A DNA stretch of 64,000 bases, from the NCBI RefSeq assembly GCF_001194135.2, contig NC_068989.1:86091611-86155610 (forward strand), written 5' to 3'. The DNA comes from Octopus bimaculoides. Its lineage: Eukaryota. Shown here piece by piece: positions 25,885 to 39,320 of this stretch. Below the pieces are notes generated by a model, which saw only the letters and a list, made by a program, of their open reading frames with translations, was not told where the DNA came from and searched no databases. Position 1 is the stretch's first letter. The number at the start of each line of letters is the position of its first letter. Position numbers and translations under genes: made by a program.

Positions 25885-28735
25885 CGTATGAACATATCTA
25901 CTTGCATATACGCGTGTGTATATGCATGTATATGTAGGCGACACGCACACATATATATTTACGCACGCACGCATGCGGTATGTCAACATCACAAACGGAC
26001 AGAACAAAAACAGAAACAGTTGGATTCAACTAATTTATATTGGAGAGGAGGAGGAACATGGAGGATAAAAATACTAATAAAAATTGTTTCCGATTTAAGC
26101 ACAGGGACAGCAGTTCTGAAGGGAAGTGATTTAGTCGGCAACATCGACCTCCAGTAAACAATAATCCAGGGAACAGTGTCAGTTACAACAGCAACATCAT
26201 CCTACATTTGTGTTGTTTATCTCCAAATCAGATCTATGATAACAAGCATTCTAGCCGTGACCATCCCGTCTCTTTATGGATATGTAGATGATTTGCATTC
26301 CCTAATGAGTATTTGTTTTCACATTAAAAAAAAATGGAAAAAAGGCAGACGAACGTGTGTAGTTCGGAGGTAGATTTGTCAGCTATTTCTAGTAGACTGG
26401 GCGAAAGCACATAGAAGATGCTTCTCGTTAGTGCATCTCCGATATATAGTAGGAGAAAAGTGCGCTGAGATGTTGATGGCTTCAGAATGGTGGACAGAGA
26501 GAACAGTGTGACAAAGTAGAGGGACAAAATGATTTAGCTTTCTATATTCCCCCTCCTTACACACACACACGTGTGTGTACACACACACACACACACACAT
26601 ATATATATNNNNNNNNNNNNNNNNNNNNNNNNNNNNNNNNNNNNNNNNNNNNNNNTATATATATATACATATACACGCGTACGTACTCTAGTACCCGTAA
26701 ACACACACACAACGATGCGAAGACGTCATAACATCGCACAAACAGGGATGCTGCTTCGAAAACGAAAGTAGGACATGGGTGATAATGGTGACAGTTAATG
26801 ATGACAATTTGTATGTCGCGTACAAAGTTCATATTTATTTAAAATGAAAGAAGAAAAAAAAGAAAGGGATTGTATGGCAGTCATGTTTTCTCAGATGATT
26901 TGGGAGCTAAACGTAGAGGGGAAAAAAAAAAAAAAAAAGGCGCAACGAAACAAATGACAGATTATTTCCGGTTGTTGTTGTCCAATCCCAGGTCTTCCCT
27001 GCATGAATAAATTTGAGTATAAGATATAAAAAGCATTCCGGACATGATCATCCCGTCTATTTGTATATTAAGGACCACATCGTTCAATGAGCGTATTTTC
27101 AGAGACTCAACAGCTATTTCTAGCAGGTCGAGCAAACACATAAAAGACCCTCACGTTGAGGCGTTGAGGCTAAAGGTTTACAGATGTGTGAGATGTTGAA
27201 AAGTTCAAGTAGGTTTGGTGATGCAAACAGGAAAATAGAAGTGAAAACATGAGTACATATATATATTTCATTTAACAATCGGCAAAATATACAGAGTGAC
27301 TCAAGGACCGAGAGCTTCGTGCCTTGGCACTTATGAAAGGTTTAAGTAGCTATAGCCGAAAATTGAAACAGGTAAACCGAGTTCCACAGCAGCTGCGGGA
27401 AGTGAGCCTTAATTTTTGTTAAATACGAAGGGTTTAATGGCTTTAGACGCACGGCTTAGAGCTTACAGATTAGGGCTTATGACTGCGGGCCTACACCTTA
27501 GTTTTTATGACTAGTTTTAAGCATAGAGTTTATGACTAAGGCCCTATGACATAACTATGGGTTTAAAGCGAATGGATTTTGGCTTAACGTTTATATAATA
27601 CGGCTTGGGGCTTTATCACTTAAAGTTCCCAGTTTACAACATAAAACGTGGTTCGTGTTTAGGGCTCTGGGTGGGTAAAGGTTTTTCAGGTTGAAAAATA
27701 ACGTTTATAAGAAATAAAATATTTGCATATGGTAGATAGGAGCTGAGTCAGCTCTTGAATAGTAAGTATCTATGCTGTACACCACTCCTAAATATTTCAT
27801 GTGTATTCAAGACGTGTGGAGAGGAGATAATGAGATTGTGCGGCGTTCATGCATGATATGGTATTAGGAACGCAACCAACAAAGGAGGAACCTATGCGGA
27901 GTCGATCAACTGGTATAGAAATAGTAGCTAAAACTGCCTCAAATCAGTTACCGTGTTAAGGACAGAGATAAAGTAGTTGTAGATACTACCTAGAATGAGG
28001 CAATGATCACAGGTGGAATGCTTTTGTTTATAGGTCGGTTGGATTTGGGCTGACCTGGGGTTAAACAGAAAATAATCTATGTGAAATGAAGTGGCTACAA
28101 ACACGGAAATTCGAAACCAGGTCAAGCACTTAAGAATGATAGCAGTAGTAGTGGGTAACTTGTGAAGGATTGTGTGACATTCATGTGTCTCTTGAGAGAA
28201 ATAACTCTGATCAGGCAGTAAAACGGTTTCTATCGATTACACACAAGAAATAAATGAATGGTGACGAGGGATAAAAATGCAACCCCGCCAAGATTTGAAC
28301 CCTGGGTGTCAAGGGACGTAACTAATTGCCGAATGATTGTCCAAAGCACCACCAGTTCTGTAACGGTCGCACTTAAAAAACAGTATAACAAACAAATAAG
28401 AATGGAAATTTGTTTTAGACAATCTAAAAACGATACCACTATGTGAGGCGTGGCGCTTATCCATTACCGATTGAATAAACAAGTCTTCTGTAACCTCTTA
28501 CTTCATAGGTGTTTTAATCAAACTCTGTATTTGCACATATATATATACACACACACACAAATAACCATGCGTGTATGTATATAAATATACACATATATAA
28601 AAGACATACAGATATAGGAATGAATATTCATGTACATGTATGCATGTATGTATATATATATATATATATATATATACATACACATAAGTATGTGCACATG
28701 TGAAAAAGCGGGGGTGGGAGAAAAATCAGACTTAC

Positions 28736-28762
28736 CTCATCAGATAGCTGTTGTAGAATCAT
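28736..28762 (-). other. Candidate first coding segment of an unidentified minus-strand transcript (MILQQLSDE)
   Basis: ATG after an in-frame stop, ending at a strong GAG|gtaagt donor, in CpG-rich promoter-like context; no homology recognised. Confidence 0.3.
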
Positions 28763-31384
28763 GATCACAAGTTTCACCGACTAATCTGTATGTTGTGGTG
28801 GTGACTGATAATCTTTCACTGTTCCTAATCTATCCGGGTGTCTATCTGTCTGTCTGTCTCTCGCACCCCTTCAATATATATATTCAGTTTCGGTTTCTCA
28901 CTAACTTACACAGATAGCGGTCCGACTTTGTGGTCTAATTTAATTAAACCGTTTCATTTGACATCCCGAATTGTGTTCTCGCTTTTTTCTTCTTCTTCTT
29001 GTATAGTCTATAGTTGGTAGTTTCGCCACACAGACACATATATAGACAGAAACAAGACTATATGTATATATATATATATATATTAGATATCCACACAAGC
29101 GTGTGTTTATATTTCTATGAGTATATGCTATGTATTTAAATATTATACGGCTATGTATATTTGTATACCATATATCTATATGACAGTATATAAATATAAA
29201 CACAGATGCGTGTTATGTTCGAACCTTATATATTTAATCTAAATTCGATATGCAGAGATCGTTCATTGATGTAACTGATGTGTTTTTACTGCTAGAACTT
29301 CATATTTCTCTATACACGTTATAGATGTCTGTATATCGCATTCATACATGTAAGCTGAGCTGCGGAAAATAGATATGCAATATATATACCTTATAATACT
29401 GTTTGAATATGTTTTGTAATCTATATTAAGCTAAAATTATATGTTTGCGTTTTACTTTCCTTAAATCTATGGTACGTTTCTACAGTGTGTGTCTTGCTAA
29501 TAATATTTGATAGACTACAGCTGGTTAAGTGAATGTGTGTGGTGTAATGTATGTATATATGGTGTTATGATGTGAATGTAGTGCAGCGGTGGTCGTTCTA
29601 TCTATCTTCTTCCTCCTCCGCCACCTTTTCTTTAAGAAAAGCCAAGAGATGTCAGGTTAATCCAGTGTAAGAACAGAGCGACAAGAAAGCTGCCGTCCTA
29701 TTCGGCCAAGCCGGGCTTTTGTAGGCAGACGTCCGCATCAAGATAGAGTTTAAGTTAATTGAGTAGAGTGGTTGTAGCAGTTAGTAAAGAACGAATACTA
29801 TATATNNNNNNNNNNNNNNNNNNNNNNNNNNNNNNNNNNNNNNNNNNNNNNNNNNNNNNNNNNNNNNNNNNNTATATATATATATATATATATATATATT
29901 TGAGTGTGTCTTTAAGAAAGGGAAAGAGTAACTAGTAGAATATGCTTCCTCAAAAATTTTAAAAAGTAACAAGGATTAAAAGAAAAAAAAAAACGAAGGT
30001 TCAGAGACAGGAAAGAACATGAAAGATCGTATCAGAGAAGCACACATACGTAAATATATATACACATATTAAGCTTTTATAATATATCACATATATTACA
30101 CAGTGTGGTGGACATTCTATACATACACACACAACTAGAAATGATTTTAGTTTTTTCTTGGGGCTTTTTGTTTTACACTCTTGAAAATACTTTCAAAGTG
30201 TTTCTCTAAATAAATAAATATATCACTAATAGATAATATCTAAGTTCTTACATAGACATAGCTTGCTAGCTAAGTAAAATAACTAGAAATACAAATACTT
30301 GATTGAAGACGGTAGAAGATACAGAGACACACATATACATATATATATATATACTCCTTTTTCTTGTTTCTTTATAATAGCTGTCTTCTAATTTCCATTG
30401 TTGATGGTCAAAACGTTTTTAAAATTATATATATATATATTCTTTACAGATGTCAGCGTTGTGTGCAGGGCTTCCGTCGTAAATATGGTATTAATTTGAC
30501 ATTATAGTTTGTCAATGATCATAATATACAATATATAATATAAACATACACATATATGCCAGAGAGACAGAGAGAAGCAAGGCTTTTTCTTCCCCTTTTT
30601 CCTGTATTTTCAATCCGTTGTTGCAACATTAATTCTTCAACCAAAATATATATAAAAAAAAATTAGTGCCTTTCCTGCTTATTTCTTTTGTCTTTCAACG
30701 TCTCTCTTTTTGTTTTAATCTATCTTTCCCTGTCGCTTGTCTCTTCTCTCCTTTCTTTTTTTGTTTCTCTTTTTGTTCTTGGTCTTCCTCTCTTTATGAT
30801 AATATCACAAGCGACAGCCTTTCCCGTTCTTATATTCTGATAACACTCCTCATACCTTTCTCCATCTTGTTCACTCTTCTCTCATGGAAACAACCAAAAA
30901 AACGACAAACAATGGAATTGTCTCCCTTGTTTAGGTCAGCACAGATTTTTATTTTATTTATTTATTTATTGTAGTTTCATTTGCCTTCTCTCGCCCCCCC
31001 CCACTTCCTTCCTTCTTTCTTCTAAGCCTGCAACATAATTATTGATCTCTTAGATTGGCATCAAATCCTTATATTTCAGGGACGAAGTAGGAGTGTGTCG
31101 AATAGTCGATTATCTCTCCCTCAACATTTGAGGAATTACATTTATTATATCTTTGGTAAAATCCGAAAGCTAAGGAAACTATCGATTTTATTTATTCTGC
31201 TCCCGTGTTTTGCTGGCACTGGTTACTTTATTAAATTCTATTCTTCTTCTTCTGGAGAAGCTCTTTTCGGAAGCACGAAAAGAAAAGTCGACCTCAACGA
31301 GATTTGAACTCGGAACGTAAAGGGACACAACTAAATATCTAAGACATTTTTGTCTGAAATTCAACACAGTTATTACCACGTCTT

Positions 31385-31620
31385 TGACGAGCTAACGAGA
31401 GAGCCTCCACGTAATCGCTTGACCTGTTAAAATTATCGACTGAATCTCTTCTGAAAGAACATACTAACGTCTCTTTAAAAATATAAAACAAAGGATATAT
31501 TGATCATAGATATGATGTATGTCAAAGACAGATTAAATGACACGCTGGTCGCGACTGAAAATCTCTTTCGAACATAGAACTGATTGATCAAAGCTGACCT
31601 ACAGCTAAACAACAACCATG
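31385..31620 (+). repeat. Dispersed repeat family F
   Basis: gagcctccacgt...gaaatagcagccaaatc...ggacacattggataat...gctgacc..ctaaacaacaac; related copies near 9790, 11215, 13740, 18120, 18740, 27930 and 53180. Confidence 0.65.
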
Positions 31621-33109
31621 ACTTCGACTGTCATTCTTCGCCAGGGATAGATCGATAAAAATACTGACGTCATGTATTTGGTTCGATTTCGTCCACTGGT
31701 CCCTTTCTCTTCTCAAAATTTTATATTGTGTCCGTTACACAGCATTCTAATGACAATGGAGGATAGATTTGGCGGAATCGACAGAGCAGCTGTAGTGTGA
31801 TATTTAAGTTACTTCCCTTTGATATCCAGAAATTTTCGAATTCTATGATAAAAATAATACGGCACTGTCATGGTATTAGCTGTCAGAAGTGAAAGTTGAA
31901 AAATCTGACAAGGAACGTTACTGCTGGTTTGAGTTGATTCTTTGGCTACTGACAGCTAATACCATGACTGGCCGGAGCGAGCTATCTGTCTGTCTGTCTC
32001 TCTCTCTATCTATCACTCGAAAGTTATTGGAACAAATTTGACACCTATATCCATGCGTTTGAAAACACACAGAGTATAAGGGTACTACTAAAGCAGAGTG
32101 GTCCCGAACGCGCAGTCGCGCGTCCGCGCTAGCTAGTCGTGAGTGGTCGATCCTATTATTTTTAAACTTCAAACTTCATTTGTTTTCTATTTTGATAAAT
32201 TCTCTCTGTTGAAAATTATATTTTTATATTTTAAATAATTTGCAATTTCAGNNNNNNNNNNNNNNNNNNNNNNNNNNNNNNNNNNNNNNNNNNNNNNNNN
32301 NNNNNNNNNNNNNNNNNNNNNNNNNNNNNNNNNNNNNNNNNNNNNNNNNNNNNNNNNNNNNNNNNNNNNNNNNNNNNNNNNNNNNNNNNNNNNNNNNNNN
32401 NNNNNNNNNNNNNNNNNNNNNNNNNNNNNNNNNNNNNNNNNNNNNNNNNNNNNNNNNNNNNNNNNNNNNNNNNNNNNNNNNNNNNNNNNNNNNNNNNNNN
32501 NNNNNNNNNNNNNNNNNNNNNNNNNNNNNNNNNNNNNNNNNNNNNNNNNNNNNNNNNNNNNNNNNNNNNNNNNNNNNNNNTTTACATCACAAATTACCAG
32601 ACAAAATTTCTTTCATTTATTTAATTGCTCCCTTTTTACCTTCGGAGTTCAAATCGCCGCCGAGGTTGACTTTGCCTTTCATCCTATCAAGGTCGATAAA
32701 AGAACGAGTACCAGTCAAGTACTGAGGTGGGGGGGGGGTGATACTTATTCAACTGTGCTCTTCTCGTAAATGTATGATATTGTTAGAATTTAATATTATT
32801 ATCACTGATTCGATTGAGTCTGACAAAATTCCTGGTTTAAATCTCCGAAAACTTTTTTGCCTTGTGCCAGCTATGTTCGTGGTTTGACTTTTTTAACATT
32901 TCAATTCATTCGATTACTATGTAAGTGTTGCGCCGATAAGAACATGGAAGTAGGTTAAACAACTCGAGTGTTAATTGCCCGGCTATTTTGGCAGCTCTCC
33001 AGCAGAGTGACGATATGAAAGTTGCTTGGAGTTAACCGTAGGAGCCATTTTGAAGCGAGATTAAGGCAAAACAAGAGTTGCGTTGAAGTTCCAGTACGCA
33101 ATCCTAGCA

Positions 33110-33407
33110 CTTAAGTGTTCCAGTTGATCCATTCGATGAAACAGCCTGCTCGTGAAACTAACGTGCAAGTGGCTGAGTACTCCACGGACACGCATACCCT
33201 TAACGTGATTCTCAGGAAGATTCAACATGACAAAATGTGACAGGCCTGGCCGTTTGAATTACAGATACAACTCCTTTTTGTTAGCTGAGTGAACTGGAGC
33301 AACATGAAGTAAAATATCTTGCTCAAGGACACAACGCACCACCGGGAATCGAATTCACGACTTTACGATCATGACCCGAACACCCTAACCACTACGCCAC
33401 ACGCCTG
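33110..33407 (-). mobile_element. SINE with family E head/CORE-like middle and family D tail
   Basis: Head ggcgtgtggcgtagtggttagggtgttcgg; middle gtccttgagcaaga; tail shared with 1-170. Confidence 0.8.
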
Positions 33408-33444
33408 GTATTTAAACCCATTGAAAAAATACAACAGCGAGCTC

Positions 33445-34607
33445 CCACATGTTTTTCTTATCCTTTACATTTGAGGCAATAATCCGGTCGTTTTTAAAGA
33501 CTGGATAAGTACAATGTACAGCGGCATCTGTTTGATGGTCAAACTAAACGGCCACCTCTTGGACCCGTTTCTCATCGCATTCAGTTTGTCAAGGATGTAT
33601 CTTTCCATTTGTCCTCTATATTTTGGTGTCAGAGCCAATTCTATAGAGGCTAGAGACAATGGGTGGCATCCCGCTCGAAGTAGAACTCAGGAGAGCTATA
33701 TCTGCAAATGCCGATTATATCACCATCATGACTTTGAGCTCATTGGAAATCGAGGCGATCACCACCACACTGGGAGAGTAGCAGGGGATTGCAAGCGTAC
33801 GCATTAACCAGAACAAGTCGGCAGGTTTGCAGCTCGAAACCTAGAGAGGCGAGTCCATGTCGGTTCATTGGCGGCTTCTGCTGTTGGACGATGAGTACGG
33901 TTAAGATGCTTGGAGTCTGATTTAAACCAAACTTCCGAGTGGCGTAAAAACTGGGACGGGTTGCGTGCAAATTGGCCAGTTTCATTCAGAAATTGTCTAA
34001 GAGGAAGCCATTCCGGAAAGGGTAGCGGAAGTGGCTACCGCCTATATCGCTTCATTGGTATACTGTCGGTTGGCCGTCGTATCTTGTCCCAAATAACACC
34101 TGGCTAAACTGGACGCTTGCTTTTTCGACACTTGTAGAAGAGACTGCACTGCTGGTGGCTAGATCCATTTGCTTTTAACTTCCACTCCACGAGTCTAAAA
34201 ATGTGGTTCCTTATTATGCTAAGGTACGTTCACTGAGTCTAAATCACCTACAGAGTGTCAGATTGTTGTGACAACGAAGACAGTGAAACGGAAGGTCGCT
34301 GTTTGTGCACCGTCTTTAGGCAGCTCGTTTCTTTGACTAAACAGTGGTCCTGGTGCAAGTCCTGATATATATCGAATGTTTCGCATCCGGATGGTGTTTC
34401 CAGAGTCACTGCATTCTGCCAGCTGGAGGATGCTGTCAGTGGAAAAGTCAACTTCTGTATTTTATCGAAGGTTAGTGGAGAGTGTGAGTGCTGATGGCCT
34501 GAGAATGATTCTAGCTATCGGCATGGACACAGACTCAAACAGATACTGAAGGACCAGCAGCCGAACCTGTCCGAGGTGCACACGAAGCGATAAAACCATC
34601 CTACATC
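33445..34607 (+). mobile_element. Decayed Tx1/L1-clade LINE ORF2 (RT to CCHC region)
   Basis: + strand with stops/frameshifts: SVCQGCIFPFVLYILVSEPIL (GxRQGCPLSPLLY), ISANADYIT (SAYADD), INQNKSAGL, VKMLGV*F..KNW, AEVATAYI..YCRL, FYRRLVE and TCPRCTRSDKTILH. Confidence 0.85.
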
Positions 34608-34914
34608 GGTTGTCAAGCGATGGTGGGGTACAAACTCAGATACACAAATATATGCATACAATTTCCTTCTACCAAATCCACTTACAAGGCTTTGGTCGGC
34701 CCGAGGCTATAGTAGAAGACATTTTCTTAAGGTGGCACGCAGTGGGACTGAACCCGGAACCATGTGGTTGGTAGGGAAGCTTCTTACCACACAGCCACTC
34801 CTGCGCCTGTGTGTGTATTTTCTCCTTTAATGTTACCTATTGTAATTATAGATTTCGTTTTCTTTTTACTTGATTTACCCGCTTCCGGTGTGTTGTTATC
34901 GTCTTAATACATGT

Positions 34915-35200
34915 GAAGGCTAGTTAGGGTACTCGGCTCACGATCGTAAGGTCATGAGTTCAAATCCCGGCGGCGCGTTGTGTCCCTGAGCAAGACACTA
35001 TATTTCACGTTGCTCCAATCCACGCAGCTGGCAAAAATGAGTTTTACCTATATTTCAAAGGGCCAACTTTGTCACATTCTGTGTCACGCTGAATCTCCCT
35101 GAGTGTGTCTGTGGAGTACTCAGCAACTTGTACGTTAATTTCACGAGCAGGCTGTTCCGTTGATCGGATCAGCTGGAACACTCATCATCGTCATAACCGA
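34915..35200 (+). mobile_element. SINE with family E head and family D tail (inverted partner of 33110-33407)
   Basis: Same modular structure on the + strand. Confidence 0.8.
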
Positions 35201-35649
35201 ATACTAGCACATCGTTATATGTGTTCGAGCCGCTGAGGAAAATAAAGAAACTGTTGTTGTTGTTGTCCTTGTTATGATGGTAGATTGGCAGAATATTTAG
35301 AGAGTTGGGTAGAATGCCTTACGGTATTTAGTTACTGTTCTTTGCAATCTGAGTTCAAATCCCGCCGGCTAACATTGCTTTTCACTCTTCAGAGTGAGAT
35401 GAAATAAAACACGAGTCAAGTATTGGAGACAGTGTAATTGAGTAACTCCATCTCCTAAATATGGCCTTGTACCGAAATCAGGAATTATTTCGACTGACGG
35501 CGGATTGGCAGAATCGTTAAAACATCGTATTTCTTCGGGCTCTGCGTTCAAATCTCACCGAGGCCAACTTTGCCTTTCATCTTTTCAAGATCGATAAAAT
35601 AAGTACCAGTCGATCACTTTCGTCGACGTAATCAACTAGTCTATTTTAA

Positions 35650-36255
35650 TAACCATGTCCCACTATTACTATTTGCTGCAACTATCTTTGGGAACCTACC
35701 ATGGAAACCTTCTCCTGCTAGTCAGATAACTTTTGTTCATTTTTCTGATTTTTAACTTCGTTTAGGTTTTTGGTTTCCCTTTGTCTCGCTGTCACTCTAA
35801 CAGCTGTTAATAAACGTTCTTCACTATTACCTACATAGGAATCTATATCTACCCTAGCTAACTCCACGCAGTCTTCTACTGGTATTAACCCTCTTCCACC
35901 TTCCTTTCTAGGTAGGTATAATCTTGCTACTCCTGCCCCTGGGCGGAGTCCTCTATTCATATTGAATTCCCTCCTATTTCTTCTGTCTAGCTTTGCTAAT
36001 TCAGTTTTTGTTCAATCTATAAAAGTTGCTGGGTATCAAAGTAAAGATGCTGCCCAAGTATTTACAGCCTTCACTAGATTCAAACCATTTAGCTTTTACT
36101 TCATTAGCTTCCTCACCCTTCTGATGTACTCCTCAATTTTCGTTTTCATTTCTGTAGTTAGTACTCTGTCCGATTCTATTACTTCTAGATTCTTATAATT
36201 CTCTCCTCCTTTCAATGTCTGGCCATCTGGTAACTGGATGCCTTCGCTGTTGACG

Positions 36256-36256
<1 letters not shown>
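35650..36256 (-). mobile_element. Decayed R4/Dong-clade (Rex6-like) non-LTR retrotransposon fragment
   Basis: SEGIQLPDG...EEYIRRVRKLMK*KLNG..KAVNTWA...ELAKLDRR...RLYLPRKEGGRGLIPVEDCV; three in-frame stops upstream of the ORF in the track. Confidence 0.85.

Positions 36257-36313
<57 letters not shown>
36256..36313. repeat. (CTA)n microsatellite
   Basis: Direct observation. Confidence 0.95.
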
Positions 36314-36773
36314 TTTTGGGTTTGGCTCAGGTTCGGTCTTATTCCTGGTAGGATTTATGTGGGTAGCGGTTAGTTACTACCTGTAACCTTAGGTATTCAC
36401 AAGTTTTCAGCTGATAATGCTTTCTGTCCCTAAGAGACAAACTTTCTGTAGGAAATGCAAAAGGCAAACAAGCTGTATAATATAATCATAAATATCGTAT
36501 ATTTTGTCATATAAGTCGAGGTAGATTTTTCAGTCAAAAAATAAATGTTCAAATCTAGACTTATCGTATAAGTCGACCTTACGAAGAAGAAGAAGAAGGA
36601 AAAAAAACTGTATAATTTCGGTCACATATTTTCTCAGAGATATTGCGAAATGATTGTGTTTGAGATGGATCGCATAACCAAAGCTTTTGTAGAGGCCTCG
36701 CTGTTTCCTTGTTGGTTCGTGTTTTGTAATGTGATCGGTGGTGTTATATTTTGGACGGAGAGAAAAAGAAGCA

Positions 36774-36845
<72 letters not shown>

Positions 36846-37438
36846 GAGAGACAGAGAGAGAGAGTGTGTGTGTGTTAGAGAGAGAGAGAGGGAATGTGTG
36901 TATATGTGTGAGAGAGAGTGTGTGTGTGTGTAAGAGAGAGAGAGAGAAGAGAGATGGACAGACGGACAGATAGTGTGTGTGTGTATGTGTGAGGAGGAGA
37001 GAGAGAGGCAGGAGAAATAGAAACAGGGTATGTCCGTGTCTCTTACACTGACAGAATGAGTTTTAAGAAATAGGGGCGCACTAAGGTGTGGAGGGTATAT
37101 GCTGGGAAGATAGGATAAGACATTAAAGCCAACGTTATGAGCTGAAAGTTGGGGACCACTGCTCCCCTACGACCCCTCCCACCCCTCTTTCCAACACTGG
37201 TGTTTTATGTTTTGTTGCGAGATAAAGTTGGACCTTGCATACAGAAAGCCGGCAAATATGTTCCCGAAATGAATGCTTGGCTTTCTAGCGTAGCAAACGT
37301 AGCAAGAATCATTTAATAATAGTTTCTCTTTAATCATTCATTGATATATTATTAGAGATAAAGAAGAAGAAAAAAAGGCTAGTTATCATAAGCAGCATAC
37401 AGTTATCTCCCCTGGAGCTTGCTTGCAACTTTAATCCA

Positions 37439-37440
<2 letters not shown>

Positions 37441-37520
<80 letters not shown>

Positions 37521-37550
37521 GCATGTATGTATGTATGTATGTATGTATGT
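37441..37550. repeat. (CTAT)n then (GTAT)n microsatellite; representative of dozens of TA, CA, GA and AAT arrays in the window
   Basis: Direct observation. Confidence 0.95.
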
Positions 37551-38019
37551 AAGATGCCGGAATAACTTGTAAGTTGGGTGACAAATAAAAGGAGAACAAA
37601 TGTTTGCTCCTGCCTCACTGCCTAACAACTAGTGTTGGTTTGTTTACGTCCCCGTTACGCAGAGTTCATAAAAGAGACTGATAGAAAAGAAATACCAAAC
37701 TTAAAACTACTGGGGTCGATTTGTTAGACTAAACCCTTCAAGGCAGTACCCCAGCATGACCGCAGTCCAGTGACTGAATCAAGACAAAAGATAATCCTTG
37801 CTTCCTACGTAAAAGCTGTGAATACTTCTGATCACCCAGTTCTTCACCGTGCAATTCTTGATAAAGCGTTTCTGCTGAGAACCGGACGTTTCTTTACAAA
37901 TATCTGCCTTAATTTTTGAGGAGGTGGAGGAGGAGACAGTAACGGGATGAAATCCTTCTTTTCTTTCTAATTTTGGTATACAGCCAGCAATTTTGGAGAG
38001 ATAAATTCGATTCTTTTCT

Positions 38020-38212
38020 ACTCTAGGCACAAGGCCTGGAATTTTTTTTTGGGGGGGGGGCAGTCGATTAGATCGACCCCAGTACGCAACTGGTACTTGA
38101 TTTATCGACCCCGAAAGTATGAAGGGTAAAGTCAACCTCGGCGGAATTTGAACTCAGAACGTAAAGACAGACGAAATACCGCTAAGCATTTCGCCTGGCG
38201 TGCTAACGTTTC
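38020..38212 (-). mobile_element. SINE family B
   Basis: CpG-intact copy; others at about 3095-3305, 14330-14510, 14535-14750, 39000-39170, 49760-49980 and 61590-61760. Confidence 0.85.
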
Positions 38213-38382
38213 TTATTTCGTTATTGCCCACAAATCTTAAAAATTGCGATGTTTGTTTTATATTAAGAAGATAGTATTTATATTAGTTCTTAAAATGTCC
38301 TAAATGTAAATTAATCTCAAGAAAAATTAATAAGGTAAGACATATATAAAGCTCACTTGAAAAAAGTGATGGTTTTTATATA

Positions 38383-38454
38383 TGGGAGATAACCAAAGTT
38401 TTTAGTGGGGAGATAATCCCATTTTTAATGGGGGTGAGATAACCAAAAAGTACC
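38383..38454. mobile_element. Right TIR fragment of the same MITE family
   Basis: ggggagataatcccatttttaatgggggtgagataaccaaaaagtacc. Confidence 0.7.
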
Positions 38455-39320
38455 CAAATTCGACGTTGGCAATATTTGAATTGATAAAATGAAAAGGTGG
38501 AAGAAATGCCATTAATTATTTTCCTCCCAGCGGGGTAACGATTCTGTCAGCCCGTCACCTTAATAGTATTAAGCCCATTGCTTGCCATGAGCCTCATTTG
38601 GGGATCTGCTAAAAACAATCTCGTTGCCGGTTGTTCGTTGTATTTAAAGTGAATTGCTTATGTACAATGCATTTGAAGAGGTCTGTTTATTAATATTTAG
38701 TAGTTAAAGTTTGTCATTTTTATGTCATAAATCGCTATTTCTTAACTACAAAAATGTTGACTGTTTTGAAAACGCCTTTTTTTTTTTTTTTGCATTTCCC
38801 ATTTATATCATTCATTGATATTTCATACACATTCGCATTTGATACTATAGTTTCAAAAAAACTAAAATGTTTTTATTGCAATTGAATAGAAAAGGATAAA
38901 TATGTTTTTTTTTTCAGCGATCCCCATTTAGGACTTTTCGAAAAATGTATAATTTCTAAAAAATATGAATTAAAAAAAAAAAAATCTTTTCTGCTATAGG
39001 CACCGGGCCTGAAATTTAGGGGAGTGGACTAGTCGATTACATCGACCGCAGTGTTTCACTGGTACTTAATTTATTGACCCCGAAAAGATGAAAGGCAAAG
39101 TCGACCTCAGCGGAATTTGAACTCAGAATGTAGCGGCAGACTAAATACCTCGTAGCATTTCGCCCGTAGCATTACATCTCGTAGCATTACATCTCCATGC
39201 TACATTCTGTAGTGGGCTACATCATACCGACGTGATTCTACATGTTCTATATCCATTACATCGCACATCATATCGCTGCATCGCACGATCTCGTGAAAAC
39301 AATTACGGTCTTCACCAAAT

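Noticed and set aside
32085-32251. CG-dense stretch (cgaacgcgcagtcgcgcgtccgcg) as a promoter
   Set aside because: It begins with a hAT-TIR-like cagagtggtcccgaac and runs into a gap; more likely a transposon end and cannot be resolved.
33740-33985. Minus-strand ORF with LVLVNAYA, resembling a LINE endonuclease motif
   Set aside because: It is the antisense of a much better supported + strand Tx1 RT region.
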